A DNA stretch of 64,000 bases from contig NC_068984.1 of NCBI RefSeq assembly GCF_001194135.2, positions 120,033,879 to 120,097,878 on the forward strand, given 5' to 3'. Origin of the DNA: Octopus bimaculoides (lineage: Eukaryota). Below, piece by piece: positions 37,040-49,074 of the stretch. The number at the start of each line of letters is the position of its first letter. Position 1 is the first letter of the stretch. Both the position numbers and the translations under genes were made by a program. Under the pieces are notes generated by a model. It searched no databases. It saw only the letters and a program-made list of their open reading frames with translations, and was not told where the DNA came from.

Positions 37040-38385
37040 TAGAAGGAAGATAAGGCAAAGCTCCATTGTATGGTAGCTGGGCCGGTCTTGTAGCACCATC
37101 TGACTAAAGCAACTGTTGATTGCTCCATTATCATTGTCAAGTAGTTAAGTGTCTTCCACTGAATCCATGGGGGACTTCTGAACTGAGAGGGGAGTCTTCA
37201 GCAGGAGAGGTTTCTCATGTCAATTGGAATAAACACATACTCAAGCTTTTCCATTCTGAGCTGTTATCTAATTTCTTCTTGAGATGCTGTTGAAGGCTTG
37301 ATACAGCTGAGGAAGCTTCTTCTTGACTGCTGCCATTGGGTCAAGGGTTGACATTCATGGAGGAGGTAGCATCCATTGCTAGTAGCCTTTGTTATCTCAA
37401 CTTAACTGGATATATTCTGTCTGATATCAGTAGGATCAAAGCTAGCAAAGGTGAAGGTTGTTTGGATTGGTGTATTTCATTCAATCTGTGATCAGGTGAC
37501 AGGTGTTGTTAAATGTTGGGTCACGTTTTTTGGCATGGGTCACTATCAATCAAACAGGACAAGCACACTCTGCTGAGGACCCTAATGCATGTGTTGTAGC
37601 TTCCATTTTGGAGTTGACCAGTTTCTGTAGAATGTTGTTTCAGGAACCAACTTAGAGTTTGGTGCTTTTATGTACTTCTTAAAGGAGAGAGTGCAGTCTA
37701 AGGTTACTCTAAGGTAGACAGGACAGGTACCATGCTCCAGTGGTGTTCCAGGCCATTTGATGTTAAGAAGTTGATTAGCTTCACAATTATTAAGACAGAA
37801 CAAGCAGGCTTAGGTCCTCACAGGATTGGCATATTGATGGTTGCATTTGTCACAGAGTAATAATTCATCTAAGGCTGAAATGAGCTTTGTTTCTACTGCT
37901 TCAGAATACTTTCTTGGCATGTTATACAGAAATACGTGGAGGCGCATTGGCCCAAAGGTTAGGGCAGCGGACTTGCGGTCATAGGATCGCGGTTTCGATT
38001 CCCAGAACGGGCATTGTGAGTGTTTATTGAGCGAAAATACCTAAAGCTCCACGAGGCTCCAGCAAGGGATGGTGGCGAACCCTGCTGTACTCTTTCCCCA
38101 CGACTTTCTCTCACTCTTACTTCCTGTTTCTGTTGTGCCTGTAATTCAAAGGGTCAGCCTTGTCACACTGTGTCACGCTGAATATCCCCGAGAACTACAT
38201 TAAGGGTACACATGTCTGTGGAGTGCTCAGCCACTTGCACGTTAATTTCATGAGCAGGCTGTTCCGTTGATCGGATCAACTGGAACCCTCGATGTTGTAA
38301 GCGACGGAGTGCCAACAACAATACAGAAATGTAATAGAAACTCTGTGTTCCAACTTCATAAACCTGAAGGTACAAGACAGACTTC
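37040..38385 (-). mobile_element. Ingi/Vingi-like (I group) LINE RT C-terminal fragment, interrupted by a SINE
   Basis: FCLNNCEANQLLNIKWPGTPLEHGTCPVYLRVTLDCTLSFKKYI followed by degenerate SAAE.ACPV...HAKKRDP.FNNTCHLIT; a second short copy at about 38826-38960. Confidence 0.7.
37934..38320 (+). mobile_element. Family C SINE with 10-bp TSD
   Basis: ATACAGAAAT at 37924-37933 and 38321-38330; short (AAC) tail. Confidence 0.88.
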
Positions 38386-38414
38386 AAATTTTATTTACTT
38401 TTAATATTTATTCT

Positions 38415-38630
38415 AAGGTGGTGTGCTGGCAGAATCATTAGCCCGTTGGGTAAAACACTCAGTGGCATTTCATCCATTGCTACATTCTGAGTTCAAATTC
38501 TGCTACGGTTGACTTTGCCTTTCATCCTTTCAAGCGTTGATAAAATAAATATCAGTTGTGTACTGGAATTGATGTAATTGACTTACTCCTGCCCTTGAAA
38601 CTATTGGCCTTGTGCCAAAATTTGAAACCA
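38415..38630 (+). mobile_element. Family A SINE
   Basis: gtgctggcagaatcattagc head, gagttcaaattc, ggccttgtgccaaaatttgaaacc tail. Confidence 0.75.
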
Positions 38631-40709
38631 GTATTTGTTCTGGGGTCATCTTTGCCTTTTATTCTTTTAAGGCTGATACAATTGGTGACACCATAAGAGC
38701 ATAGGTCTGGATCCCTTGCAGCTCTTGCATTCTGAGTTCAAATACATCCATTGCCGAAGGGATTTATTTTTGAACTGCCTTCTCATTGCCGCCATTGTTG
38801 TCATCATCCTTATCTTCATCATCATTGATCAATCTGTGATCAGGTGACAAGTGTTGTTCAAAGCTGGGTCATGTTTTTTTGGCATGTGTCACTCTCACTG
38901 AGACAGGACATGCACATTCTGCTGAAGACCTTAATGCATGTGTTGTGGCTTCCATTTTCTCATCATCCTCATCATCATCATAATTTTCATGTTCACTTTT
39001 CCATGCTTGCACGGATTAAGTGAGACTTACTGAGGCAATATTCTTCCCCCAAATGCCCTTTCTGCTAACCTATACCCGTTCCTTTGTGTAAAGTATTTTT
39101 GCTTCACTGGTCTTCTCACAATAAAGCTGCTGAAGCTACTGTGACACACATTTCATATACAGAAGTAAACATGACACCTCTGGACACACAAGCATGCATG
39201 CATACACATATGATGGGTTTCCATGCAATTTCCATCTATCAATTTCACTTAAAAAGTACTGGTAAGCCTGAAGAACTACCAGAAGACATTTGTCCAAAGT
39301 GCCACACAGTGAGTTAGAACTTGAAACTACATGATTCATGGTTACAAGGAGAACTTTAAACTACAAAATCATGTCTTTGCCTTATAACGCTTTTGTTTTG
39401 TTGTCTTTTAAATTTTTTATTTAGATTGCTCTGATTAGGTATGAAATTAATGTTCTGGATTCAATGAATCCAATATATCTTTGATTGAAATCACTCTTTG
39501 TTTATTTAGAAAAAAAGTTGCTGCTTTCCTTTTCTTTTTAATTAATTAATTCCAAACTAATAAAAGCTTAAATCAAACTAAGAGAATTTGAGCCTCAGAG
39601 CCATGGGAGCAAAAATTTGCTTTCAGCAAGAATTATTTCAGGTACTCTTACTTGCACAAGCTAGATTGTTTAATTTTAACTCACTTGTTTGTTTTCTCTA
39701 TTCCAACTTCTCCTCAGATTCTGTTTGCACCAAACTGTCTGACTATCTTCACCTTACTTCTCTTTCATTATCATTACAACTTCTCAAACACTTTGTTCTA
39801 TAACAAACCAATCAACAAAGATTTATTTTTTAATTACTAACGTATTAAGTTTATTTAGTTAGTTTTCATTATGTTATTCATCCAGTTCTTGTCATATTTT
39901 GAAGCCTTTTCAAAATATATGATTCAAGATTAAATCCAGTGTCATCAAGGCAAATGAGAAATGGATCACCCTTGAATGAGATATTAGTCTTTAAGAGAAG
40001 TTAGGTTTACCAGGATACAAATTAACAATAGTTAAGCTAATTAAACCTAGTAAATCTAATTGTACTGCCCCCTCTTTTATTTCCATCCTCTTTGGAAAGA
40101 ACAAACAACAAACTATCTTAGTAGTTAATCTTAATATCTTAGCCACTTGACCATATAGCTTTTACACATTTGCAAATATTATACATTATTACATGTTATT
40201 ATTTTAAACAGAAAATACAATTTAATTCCAATAACTGTTTATGTTTCTCAATACAACATTTGTATGTTCTATGTCTCAGACTTCAGTTCTGACCACAATT
40301 ATTGATTTCTGACAAAAACCAACAAAATAATTCGGTTCTCTTTTATTGAAATTTTCAATTTTCAACAACATCAAAAATAGTCTGTTTGAATTATCTGTTG
40401 TGAAATTGTTCCTGTGGCAATTGGGAATTTTTAGCTCAATTCTTGTTGCTTAATTTTATTTCATTTTGATTATTTCTGTAATAATAAAAAAAAAAAATCA
40501 ATTTATAGATTACAGTAACACCGTGTTTGCGAGTTTCTGAACAGCATACATATTAAATGGCAAGACTAGTTTTAATGCAATCATTGAACTAACAATGGGG
40601 AAAATTTTGAAATAGAATAATTTTGCTAATTAGAATTAAAAGTGACTTTTGTTTGTATTAAATATAACCTTACTGATGCTGTCATTATTATTATTGTTAT
40701 TATTATTAA

Positions 40710-41150
40710 TGCAGTGAGCTAGCAGAATTGTTAGTGTATTGGACAAAATGCCTCACAGCGTTTCTTCCAACTCTTTATGTTCTGAGTTCAAATTGTGCCA
40801 TGGACGACTTTGCTTTACATCCTTTGGGGCCCCAATAAAATAAGTACCATTTGAGCATTGGAGATGGTGTACATGGCTTACTCCCATCCCTGAAACTGCT
40901 GGCCTTGTGTTAAAATTTAAATCCAATAACAAGGCAATGGGATCACAGAACTTTTAGCATGTTGGACAAAATGATTTGTGATATTCCTTCTGGTTCTTTA
41001 TGCTCTGAGTTCAAATCCTGCTGAAAGCAACCTTACTTTCTATTCTTTGAAGGTCAATAACATAACGAACCATGAAACACTAGGATCAATGTAATCAACT
41101 AGTCTCCTTCCCCAAAATTTCAGTCCTTGTGCCTTAGAAGAAAGGATTAT
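40710..41150 (+). mobile_element. Two tandem family A SINE copies after (ATT)n
   Basis: Heads at about 40715 and 40940, each with gagttcaaat and a g(g/t)ccttgtg tail. Confidence 0.7.
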
Positions 41151-41199
41151 TATAACTGTTGTTACTATTATTAATATTTTGCTTTTAATCTACATATGA

Positions 41200-41575
41200 T
41201 ATCTTTCTAGTGTATTTTTATATTCATTTAGTGTTAGCTCAGTACAGCTGAAAATGAGATGGTCTATTGTTTCATTTTAGGTCTGCACCGTTTAAAAAAA
41301 TATTTGCCTGGTAATTTCTTTTAAACAAGCTTTGGTCTTGTGATGCCAGTATGAAGCTTCCAGTCTCTACTTTCAATCCTTAACACCTCAGCTACTGTTG
41401 GACTGTCTCTGGGTGAAGATCAGAATTTTGGCTTTGAAGGATATATTGCCATGCAGGGACTTCTGACTCCATCATTCTGTAAGTTGTTTCTGCTTGTTCT
41501 TTTAAACAATTTGTTTGACTCTTTTGGCTTGCTTGGTATCAGCAGGTTCAGGTTCTTTATTCATTTCAGGATTAA
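41200..41575 (-). mobile_element. R4/Dong-clade non-LTR retrotransposon fragment
   Basis: Degenerate KQKQLTE**QKSLHG...GVKD*K*RLEASY.HHKTKA...NGADLK...TIDHLIFSCTELTLNEY, matching the region before the CCHC/RLE domain of R4-clade elements; adjoins (TAA)n. Confidence 0.6.
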
Positions 41576-41929
41576 TTATTATTATTATTATTATTATTAT
41601 ATTTTGGTTTTGTTATTAACAAAATGCTCTCCCAGATCACTCATAAATTTCTTGTTTGCTTAATAGTTTCAAGAAACTTTTTTGTTAAAATGTTTGTACT
41701 GTTGTATTACTAAACTGATTAGTATCCTATGAAAATGGTCATTTCTGCTTTGTTTGTCTCTTTTAAGGATGCTTTTTGTTGCTGTCTTAATCATGCCTAG
41801 CTTTGTTTTCTTTTACGGTTTCAGAATTTTAAAACATGGCATTGGAATTTTTGACAGAAGGGCAGAGGGAGGAAGATAGTTTTTAGAATAGCAACTATAA
41901 CACTGTTTTCTCTCTGCTAATGATTATCA

Positions 41930-42290
41930 GCCAAAACATCACCACCAAAACCACCATCACCACTGCAACAGGTGGCAGTGATAACAGCAACAACAACAGT
42001 GGTGGTAACATTAACAGAAAAGCAAAAGAATGAATCATGACAATGAGAACACTACCACCATCTCCATTTCTATCAGCATCATCACTACCAAAACCACCAC
42101 CAACACTACCACTGCAACAGCTTGCAGTAGCAGCAGCAAAACCTTCAACAAGAACAAGCCAAACAAAGTAGTGTATTGTGACAGAGAAAGTCCTATCTTG
42201 TCCCTCCCCCCTGCCACACACACCTTCCAGCACTGCCACTATCTTGTCAGCAGCAACCACTAACAATAGTAATAAGAATGCTGCTGCCAT
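41930..42290. repeat. Low-complexity (ACC/AAC/AGC) triplet-rich tract
   Basis: Mixed triplet repeats that explain the overlapping ORFs here. Confidence 0.7.
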
Positions 42291-43224
42291 TGGTACTGGT
42301 TCAGTTGCCAGTGAAAATAAAAATATTTCTAAACTTTGGTTTTGCACAAACATAATTTTAGCTACTGAAATAACTGAACTGTCAACCAAAAGTATGACAC
42401 AAGCATAGAGGCTTCTGGAAAAGGTGGAAGAGCAGTTCACTTGCATGTGTCTGGGTCCATTCTGCAAGGAACCCATAGAAGAATAACTATATGTAAAGAC
42501 ATAGGCATGATGATCAACTGGGTGATTCAGGCTCAAATAGAAAGGTACCTAAAATCAATCTGGGCCCTAAAGACAATATTTTAAGAGGTAGACAGTCTGA
42601 CATAGTGGAAGTAAGCTTTTTGACCAAAATCAAAACTAGAAAAGACATTCCATATACCATCTTAAAAATAACGATATGGTCTTCAGATCACCCAGTGTAA
42701 GCTGGCAAATGACAGTATTAAAAATGGTCAGTGTTTCAGAGTAATAGTTTTGTTCTTAAGAAGCCTTGATCTCTAGATATGGGCCATCTTGCTAGACCCA
42801 GAATGAAAGTTGGTGGTACTGAAAGCGATCAGCTGTGAAAGTCATATTTTCTGACTACCATCTATTTATGATTTCACAGAAGCTAGGAAAGTGGATTCTT
42901 TTAAAGCACAGAAGCTAAGAAAGTGGATTCTTTTAAAGCTCCAAGAAACTTTAAGCATATTCTACGCAATATCTAGTGGGAAAATGAGAAAGTATTTTAG
43001 ATACATGTTCTATTTTTATTTCTTGTGAGGAAGAAAGATGTAGTCCACTGATCAACTCACTTGTCTTCTGTTAACATATACTGCACAGTCAACTGGGTAT
43101 GCAATAACTGGTGATGGGCAGACATGCACTGCAGTTGCAGCAAATATTCTCTGATGGTGACCAAATATGTGCACCCATTGTCAGGCATGTCTTTCCACAT
43201 CCTGTCTCTAGTGGAACTGCAGTC

Positions 43225-43860
43225 CTCCTCCTCATCATCATTATTTAGTGTCCGTTTTCCATGTTGACATGGGCTGGACGGTTTGACTGAGAACTGGTAA
43301 GCTGTGGAAATGCACCAGGTTCCATTCTGTTTTGACTTGGTTTTTACAACTCAATGCCTTTCTTAATACCAACCACTCCAAGTGTAGTGGGTACTTTTTA
43401 CATGGCACAGGTGTCAGTTACCTAACACTGGCATTGGCCATGACTGTGATCTCACTTGGCTTGACAGGTCCTCTGTGAGGACCAATATTTGAATGGTGCT
43501 TTTTATGTGCCACTAGCATGGGTGCCAGTTACATGGCACTGGCATTGGTCATGATTACGATTTCACTTGGCTTGACAGGTTTTTTTGAGCACAACATTTC
43601 GCCCAATGTTTGAAGGGTGCTTTCTACATGTCAATTATGCAACACTGGCATCAATCATGACTATGATCTCACTTGGTTTGACAGGTTTTCTCAAATACAG
43701 CATATTGTCAAAGTTCTTGGTTATTTGTTATCGCCTCCATGAGGCCCAACAATTGAAGATCATGCTTCACCAACTCGTCCCTTGTCTTTCTGGGTCTACC
43801 TCTTCCACCAAGACTGAGCTCTTGACACATAGAATGTTTACAGCTATTTGATCCTTGTTC
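43225..43860 (-). mobile_element. Family D SINE-like element ((GAT)n tail, RTE-type 3' end)
   Basis: catcatt...tccgttttccatgttgacatgggctggacgg start on + strand. Related copies near 1-60, 7890-8105, 19120-19650, 25990-26520, 33130-33325, 44310-44720, 51721-52380, 52760-53180, 60590-60840. Confidence 0.7.
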
Positions 43861-43889
43861 TTATACCAGTGCTTATGAAATAAGCAAAT

Positions 43890-44255
43890 TACAAAACTTG
43901 ACAATGGTGTTGCTGATAGAGCAAGGAAAATTTCTTGGTGATATAAATTTACAGTCAATTGAAGATGTCTCAACTTGGCTCCTGGCAGTGGAAGCAAAAG
44001 CTTACGTGGATGAATTAAGGAATAACCGACAAGATAATGACCTAAGTCCTATGGCTATGAAATTCATTTCTTTGGTAGGAATACAAGGATTAAAAATTAT
44101 CTGAGATATTAATATCCCTAAGAATATTATGAAAATGTCTTATGATGACCTAAAAATTTGATTCTAAATCATATTGCTCCTTCAAAGAAACTGATATTAA
44201 CCGAAAGAACAAAATTCTTCTCCACTATTCAACAACCCAATGAGTCTGCTTAATC
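43890..44255 (+). mobile_element. Gypsy-type LTR retrotransposon gag N-terminal fragment
   Basis: MVLLIEQGKFLGD...FISLVGIQGLKII*DINIPKNIMKMSYDDLK(N)LILNHIAPSKKLILTERTKFF(S)TIQQPNES, matching the gag pattern Y.ELK..L..H.AP.K...ER.KF...Q.P.ES; no LTR seen. Confidence 0.7.
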
Positions 44256-45679
44256 ACAACAAATCATCAAGGCAACACTGAGATCAAAAACAAACATAAT
44301 ACATCATCATTATCATCATTTAATGTCTGTTTTCCATGCTGGTATGGGTTTGACAAGAGATAAGGTTGGTGGGTGGGTGGGGGCATCAGGCTCCATTGTC
44401 TGTTTTGGGATGGTTTCTATGGCTGGATGCCCTTCCTAATGCCAACCACTTTATGGAGTGTACAGAGTGCTTATTATGTGCACCAGCATCAGTGCTTTTC
44501 ACATGACACCAGCACCAGTGCCTTTTATGTGGCACTATCACTAGTGCTTTTTTTATGTGGCACTATTCCTAATGCTTTTTATATGGCACCAGTACTGGTA
44601 TCAATTCTGCTATGGTGGACAGGTCTTGAATATAGCAAAGCACCAGATATTTTGGGCCTTTGTCCATCTCCTTTGTAAGGCTCAGTGTCTTGAGATTGGC
44701 CAGGAATACAAGCCAATGAAGCACTCACAAAATTTTCAATTAAACTATTTTTCATTTCAGTGAAATATAGCCATGCATAATATCTTCTTAGATGCAGATA
44801 AACTGATTGACTGAAAACCTGTTATATTCTCCACTATCACAACACAGCACTGATAATGATATACTACCAAACCTTCAACAGATTTATGAATATTCTGTTG
44901 TCAACTGTTAATCTCAGTTTGTATTTCACAGCAATTATCTCCATATTCTCTCCATGTGATTAAAAAATAAAAGAAAGACATTTTGAGTTTTAAAAGCAAT
45001 TTTATGATTTCTATAACAACCAGGAAATTGTTTCCATATGAAATCTTTCCTGTCTTTTTGAAAATCATTTAAACTAGTAAAAGTTTTTAGTTACTGTAAA
45101 GTAAATCAATTATTAGACAGTTTCCTAGCTATGCTAACAAATTTAACACGGACTTCCTACATATTTTTCTGATTGAAAATAAAACAAATAAATAGTAATC
45201 TCTTTATCATAATACCTTCCAGAAGTTTCATTTAATCTCCTGTATGCGTTTCACTGTAACGTTTGCATGACAACTAACAGAAAAGGAAGGAAACTTTCAT
45301 GCATTGCACATCCTGCTGGTTCTTTCACTTCACAAAAATAGCAAAATTCCTTCATCCACTATTTATTTTCCAGTACCATTCTTTTAACAGCTTTCTCACC
45401 ATAAAAACAAACAAAACAAAAATAAAACAAAAATAAAACAAAAAACAAGTATAAAAACAAAAAGTAAAAACAGCAAACAAAACAAAAAAGCAAAGGCACC
45501 AGTTTCCTGTTTCACCTTCATCTCTATACTGCTCTCGTTAAACAAAGCATCTCTCAAGTTCTCCTCTACAATCATGTACACAGTTGTGTTATGAGAAAAT
45601 TCCTTTGGTTTCTCCAGTAGTGACTCTTCTGTCACTCTCAAGTCATGTTCTCCAGAGAAATCTGGATGCTATCCGCTCC

Positions 45680-45850
45680 ATACTTCCCAGCGTTAGCATG
45701 CTGGGCGAAATGCTTAGCGGTATTTTGTCTGTCTTTATGTTCTGAGTTCAAATTCCGCTGAGGTCGACTTTGCTTTTCATCCTTTTGGGGTTGATAAATC
45801 AAGTACCAGTTGCGTACTGGGGTGGTTCTAATTGACTGGCCCCCCTCTAA
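45680..45850 (+). mobile_element. Family A SINE (5'-truncated)
   Basis: cgttagcatgctgggcgaaatgcttagcgg...gagttcaaattccgctgaggtcgactttg. Confidence 0.8.
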
Positions 45851-45859
45851 TGTCTAGAG

Positions 45860-46140
45860 CAGAAAAGAATATATGATGAGACAGCTGTAACATGAATATT
45901 ACTCTCTTTGACAAGATCAGGAATGAAGAGACCCTATGGTGTGCTGGCCCACCTGTGATGGAAATCGTCATAAATAGAAATTTGCATTACTTGGGCCACA
46001 AGATTCCCCAGACAAATTATTTATGCCCAGCTATGCAAGGGGAAAAGAAACCAGGGAAGACCTAGACTGAGATTCAAAGATACTGCAAAAAGGAACATGA
46101 AGAGGAAAGTCAAAACTGACCAGTATGGAGGAATTTTATC
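45860..46140 (+). mobile_element. RTE LINE C-terminal fragment
   Basis: Degenerate LHYLGH...GKRNQGRPRLRFKDTAKRNMKR. Confidence 0.6.
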
Positions 46141-46319
46141 AAGTCGTGCCTAAGCCACGAACAGTCATAGTCATGACAACTGACTACAGGTAATGGTAGG
46201 ATCTACCATATTCTTTAGAAAGTCTACATTGAGAGCCTTGTCCCCAAGAAAGATAACTTTTCTGACCCTGGAAATAATTAGCCAATCATAAAACTAAGCT
46301 TTTCTGGCTTAGAAAATTC

Positions 46320-46620
46320 TTCAGTTCAGATCAGTGACAAGGGTTCCAGTTGATTCAATTAAAGGAACAGCTTGCTCATGAAATTAACGTGCATGTGGCT
46401 AAGCATTCCACAGACTTTTGTACCTTTAATGTAGTTCTTAGGGATGTGACAAATCTGGCCCTTTGAAATATAGGTACTATCCATTTTTGCGAGCTGAGTG
46501 GACTGCAGCAACATGAAATAAAGTATCTTGCTCAAGGACACATGTCATTGGGAATTGAACTCATGGCCTTGCATTTGTGAGCTGAATACCCTAACCACTA
46601 AGCCATGCACCTTCACGGAG
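46320..46620 (-). mobile_element. Family C-related SINE (tgtgtccttgagcaag core)
   Basis: Shares its 3' body with 3481-3843; similar minus-strand copies at about 50170-50490 and 53190-53505. Confidence 0.7.
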
Positions 46621-48387
46621 ATCAGTTACTAACCTACAAAACTTAAAACCCACACTAGAATGCACTACTCTCAGATATGGTACTGCTTTTACGGACACAA
46701 ACTTCCTACGCTACAATCAAAGGAAGACCACTTAAGTGATAGAAATTCAAACACCATTGAATCACCGACAGGTGTTTCTGCTCTTTGCATCTTCTGTCAC
46801 TACTACAACAGCATTCACTCTTCTGAACTAACTCACTAGCTGTACCCAGATCTCCCTTTTTATCCCCATCTCTTTCTAACAACCCCACTGTCTCTTCTTC
46901 CCTCCAGACTCTACATCCACCACCTCAAACATCAACATAATAAAATACATGATCCGCCTACATTTTTCTTGCACATATTGATCTATAGAGGTTCAAACTA
47001 AATATCAACTGAATCCGGAGGGCTTTCTAAGGTTGTAAGCACTACACCCTTGTCCTCTTACTAACCTATATAAGCAACAAAAAAAATCTGAACCAGTAGT
47101 TCTTTGAGTTTATTAAAATATTCATTACAGGAAGAAATTATTTTTTTACCAGTAAATGTAGCATTTGCAAACAACTGGTGAAAAATACTTGATTTTGCTC
47201 TTCTCTTAGGGAATTTTAATTGCAGTTTTTTAGTTTCTGCTTGATACACACATGGGAAAACCCTCCTCTTTGCACACACACACTTGCTGAAATGTATTGG
47301 TTGTGCCTTAGGGTTGATGCAAGTGATATTGGATTATCACTACAGCATATGATCTTTCTATATATCTCCCTCGCTCATTCCCTTTCCCTGCTTTCAAATA
47401 TTTCAGTAATATACAGGTTGTATGTGTAGTAGAAATCTGAACAAAAGTTTTCTATTTCAAAGTGTGTATATATGCAGGTGAAAAGGGAAAAAAAATAAAG
47501 AGGAAGAAAAGCCTACATCCAAGAAATAATATTCTTTTTCATTCTCTGTGAATTGATATGCAGTTTGAAGTGGAATTATAAATGAAATTGTCTGTGAGGT
47601 GTAAATTAAATCTGGTTGGTGCATTATTAGCTATATATAATATATTAAAGCAAAGGAATGCTTTATGAGATTAAAGATTAAAGACTGAGATTTATAAAGT
47701 TGTAGATGATTGGCATCATACTTAGCAATATATAAGCTTGTTTCATGCTTGATTCACAAAATTTGCAGTTTCAAATCCTTGATTTTCTTTCCATTTACTT
47801 TGACTATAACACAAACACTTTAATCTTTTCATTATCATATTCCTGTTGAAATAAACAGCCTTTGTTTCAATTAATTCTAAAGATAATGAAGGATTTATTA
47901 AAATAACTTCATTATTATCAAGCCAGCATTTGGAATATAAATTCATATCAAATTTTAATGGAAGGTTTTAATTATGATCATTTTAAAACAGAGAGTTTGT
48001 GTGTTGGGGCCAGAGGTGGTTTTAGGAGTGGTGGTATTAAAAGGGTTAACCCCAGATCAGCAAAACAAATCAGAAGTGTAAAATTTATACACAACTTTAA
48101 CCTTTTTTTTTTTTCGGTGTTATACACAAGGATTACATCTTGCTTTTATGAACAAAAAAAAAAGACGAATGCCTCTATGTAGTCTCTCAACCTGCTAAAA
48201 ATAACAGCCAAACTCCTTCAAACCACACCTTACTACCTTAGATGTAGAAGTATACATTAGACTAGTGCTTCTCAACCATTTATTGCCTATGGACCATCTT
48301 TGATTCTTATTTTACTTGGATGGACCCTCTTAGCCATTTGATGTTTTAAAAAAAACCCTATTCTTATAATCAAATTTTATTAGGAAT

Positions 48388-48778
48388 TACTCTTTTACTT
48401 GCTTCAGTCATTTGACTGTGGCTATGCTGGAGCACCGCCTTTAGTCGAGCAAATCGACCCCAGGACTTATTCTTTGTAAGCCTAGTACTTATTCTATCGG
48501 CCTCTTTTGCCGAACCGCTAAGTTACGGCGACGAAAGCACACCAGCATCGGTTGTCAAGCGATGTTGGGGGGACAAACACAGACATACAAACATATACAC
48601 GCACACACACATATATATATACATATAATACATATATATACGACAGGCTTCTTTCAGTTTCTGTCGACCAAATCTGCTCACAAGGCTTTGGTTGGCCCAA
48701 GGTGCCACGCAGTGGCACTAAACCCGGAACCATGTGGTTCATAAGCAAGCTACTTACCACACACCCACTCCTATGCCT
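48388..48778 (-). mobile_element. Family B SINE, CpG-rich copy
   Basis: Full head, internal (TA/CA) tract and tail; many CpG retained. Confidence 0.85.
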
Positions 48779-48849
48779 ATATATATATATGTAGATATAT
48801 ATACACATATATATAAAAGATAGTTATGGCTGGTTCATAGGGGTTACAT

Positions 48850-49074
48850 AGTGTTTCATGCACATAGAGAGCTTGGCTTTACATACATCTTGCCAGACCC
48901 TAATTGCTGGTGGCCTATAACTTCTATATGCTTCAAACAGTGGTAAAACGTGTCTGAACTGATGCATTGCCTCAAATGGAATCTATTTTGAAGGCAATAA
49001 AACTGTAGACGTGTAAAACTAAGTGAATAAAATATTGCAAAATTTCAGGTTTTGGGGGGGGGGTGCCCCCTCGT
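48850..49074 (+). mobile_element. mariner right-end remnant
   Basis: Degenerate CIASNGIYFEG C-terminus and terminal ...ccccctcgta (TACGAGGG-type TIR). Confidence 0.6.

Noticed and set aside
41895-42536. 213-aa hydrophobic minus ORF
   Set aside because: Explained by GGT/GTT/GCT triplet low complexity
43080-43135. EGF-like STGYAITGDGQTCT
   Set aside because: Needs a frameshift to recover the preceding cysteines, and lacks exon-type splice sites
45396-45641. 81-aa minus ORF with a hydrophobic tail
   Set aside because: The tail is an (AAAAC)n-type tract; upstream stop and weak acceptor
47061-47279. 72-aa minus ORF ending at a GTTAGT donor
   Set aside because: Starts in a (GT)n tract, no homology recognised, length within chance range
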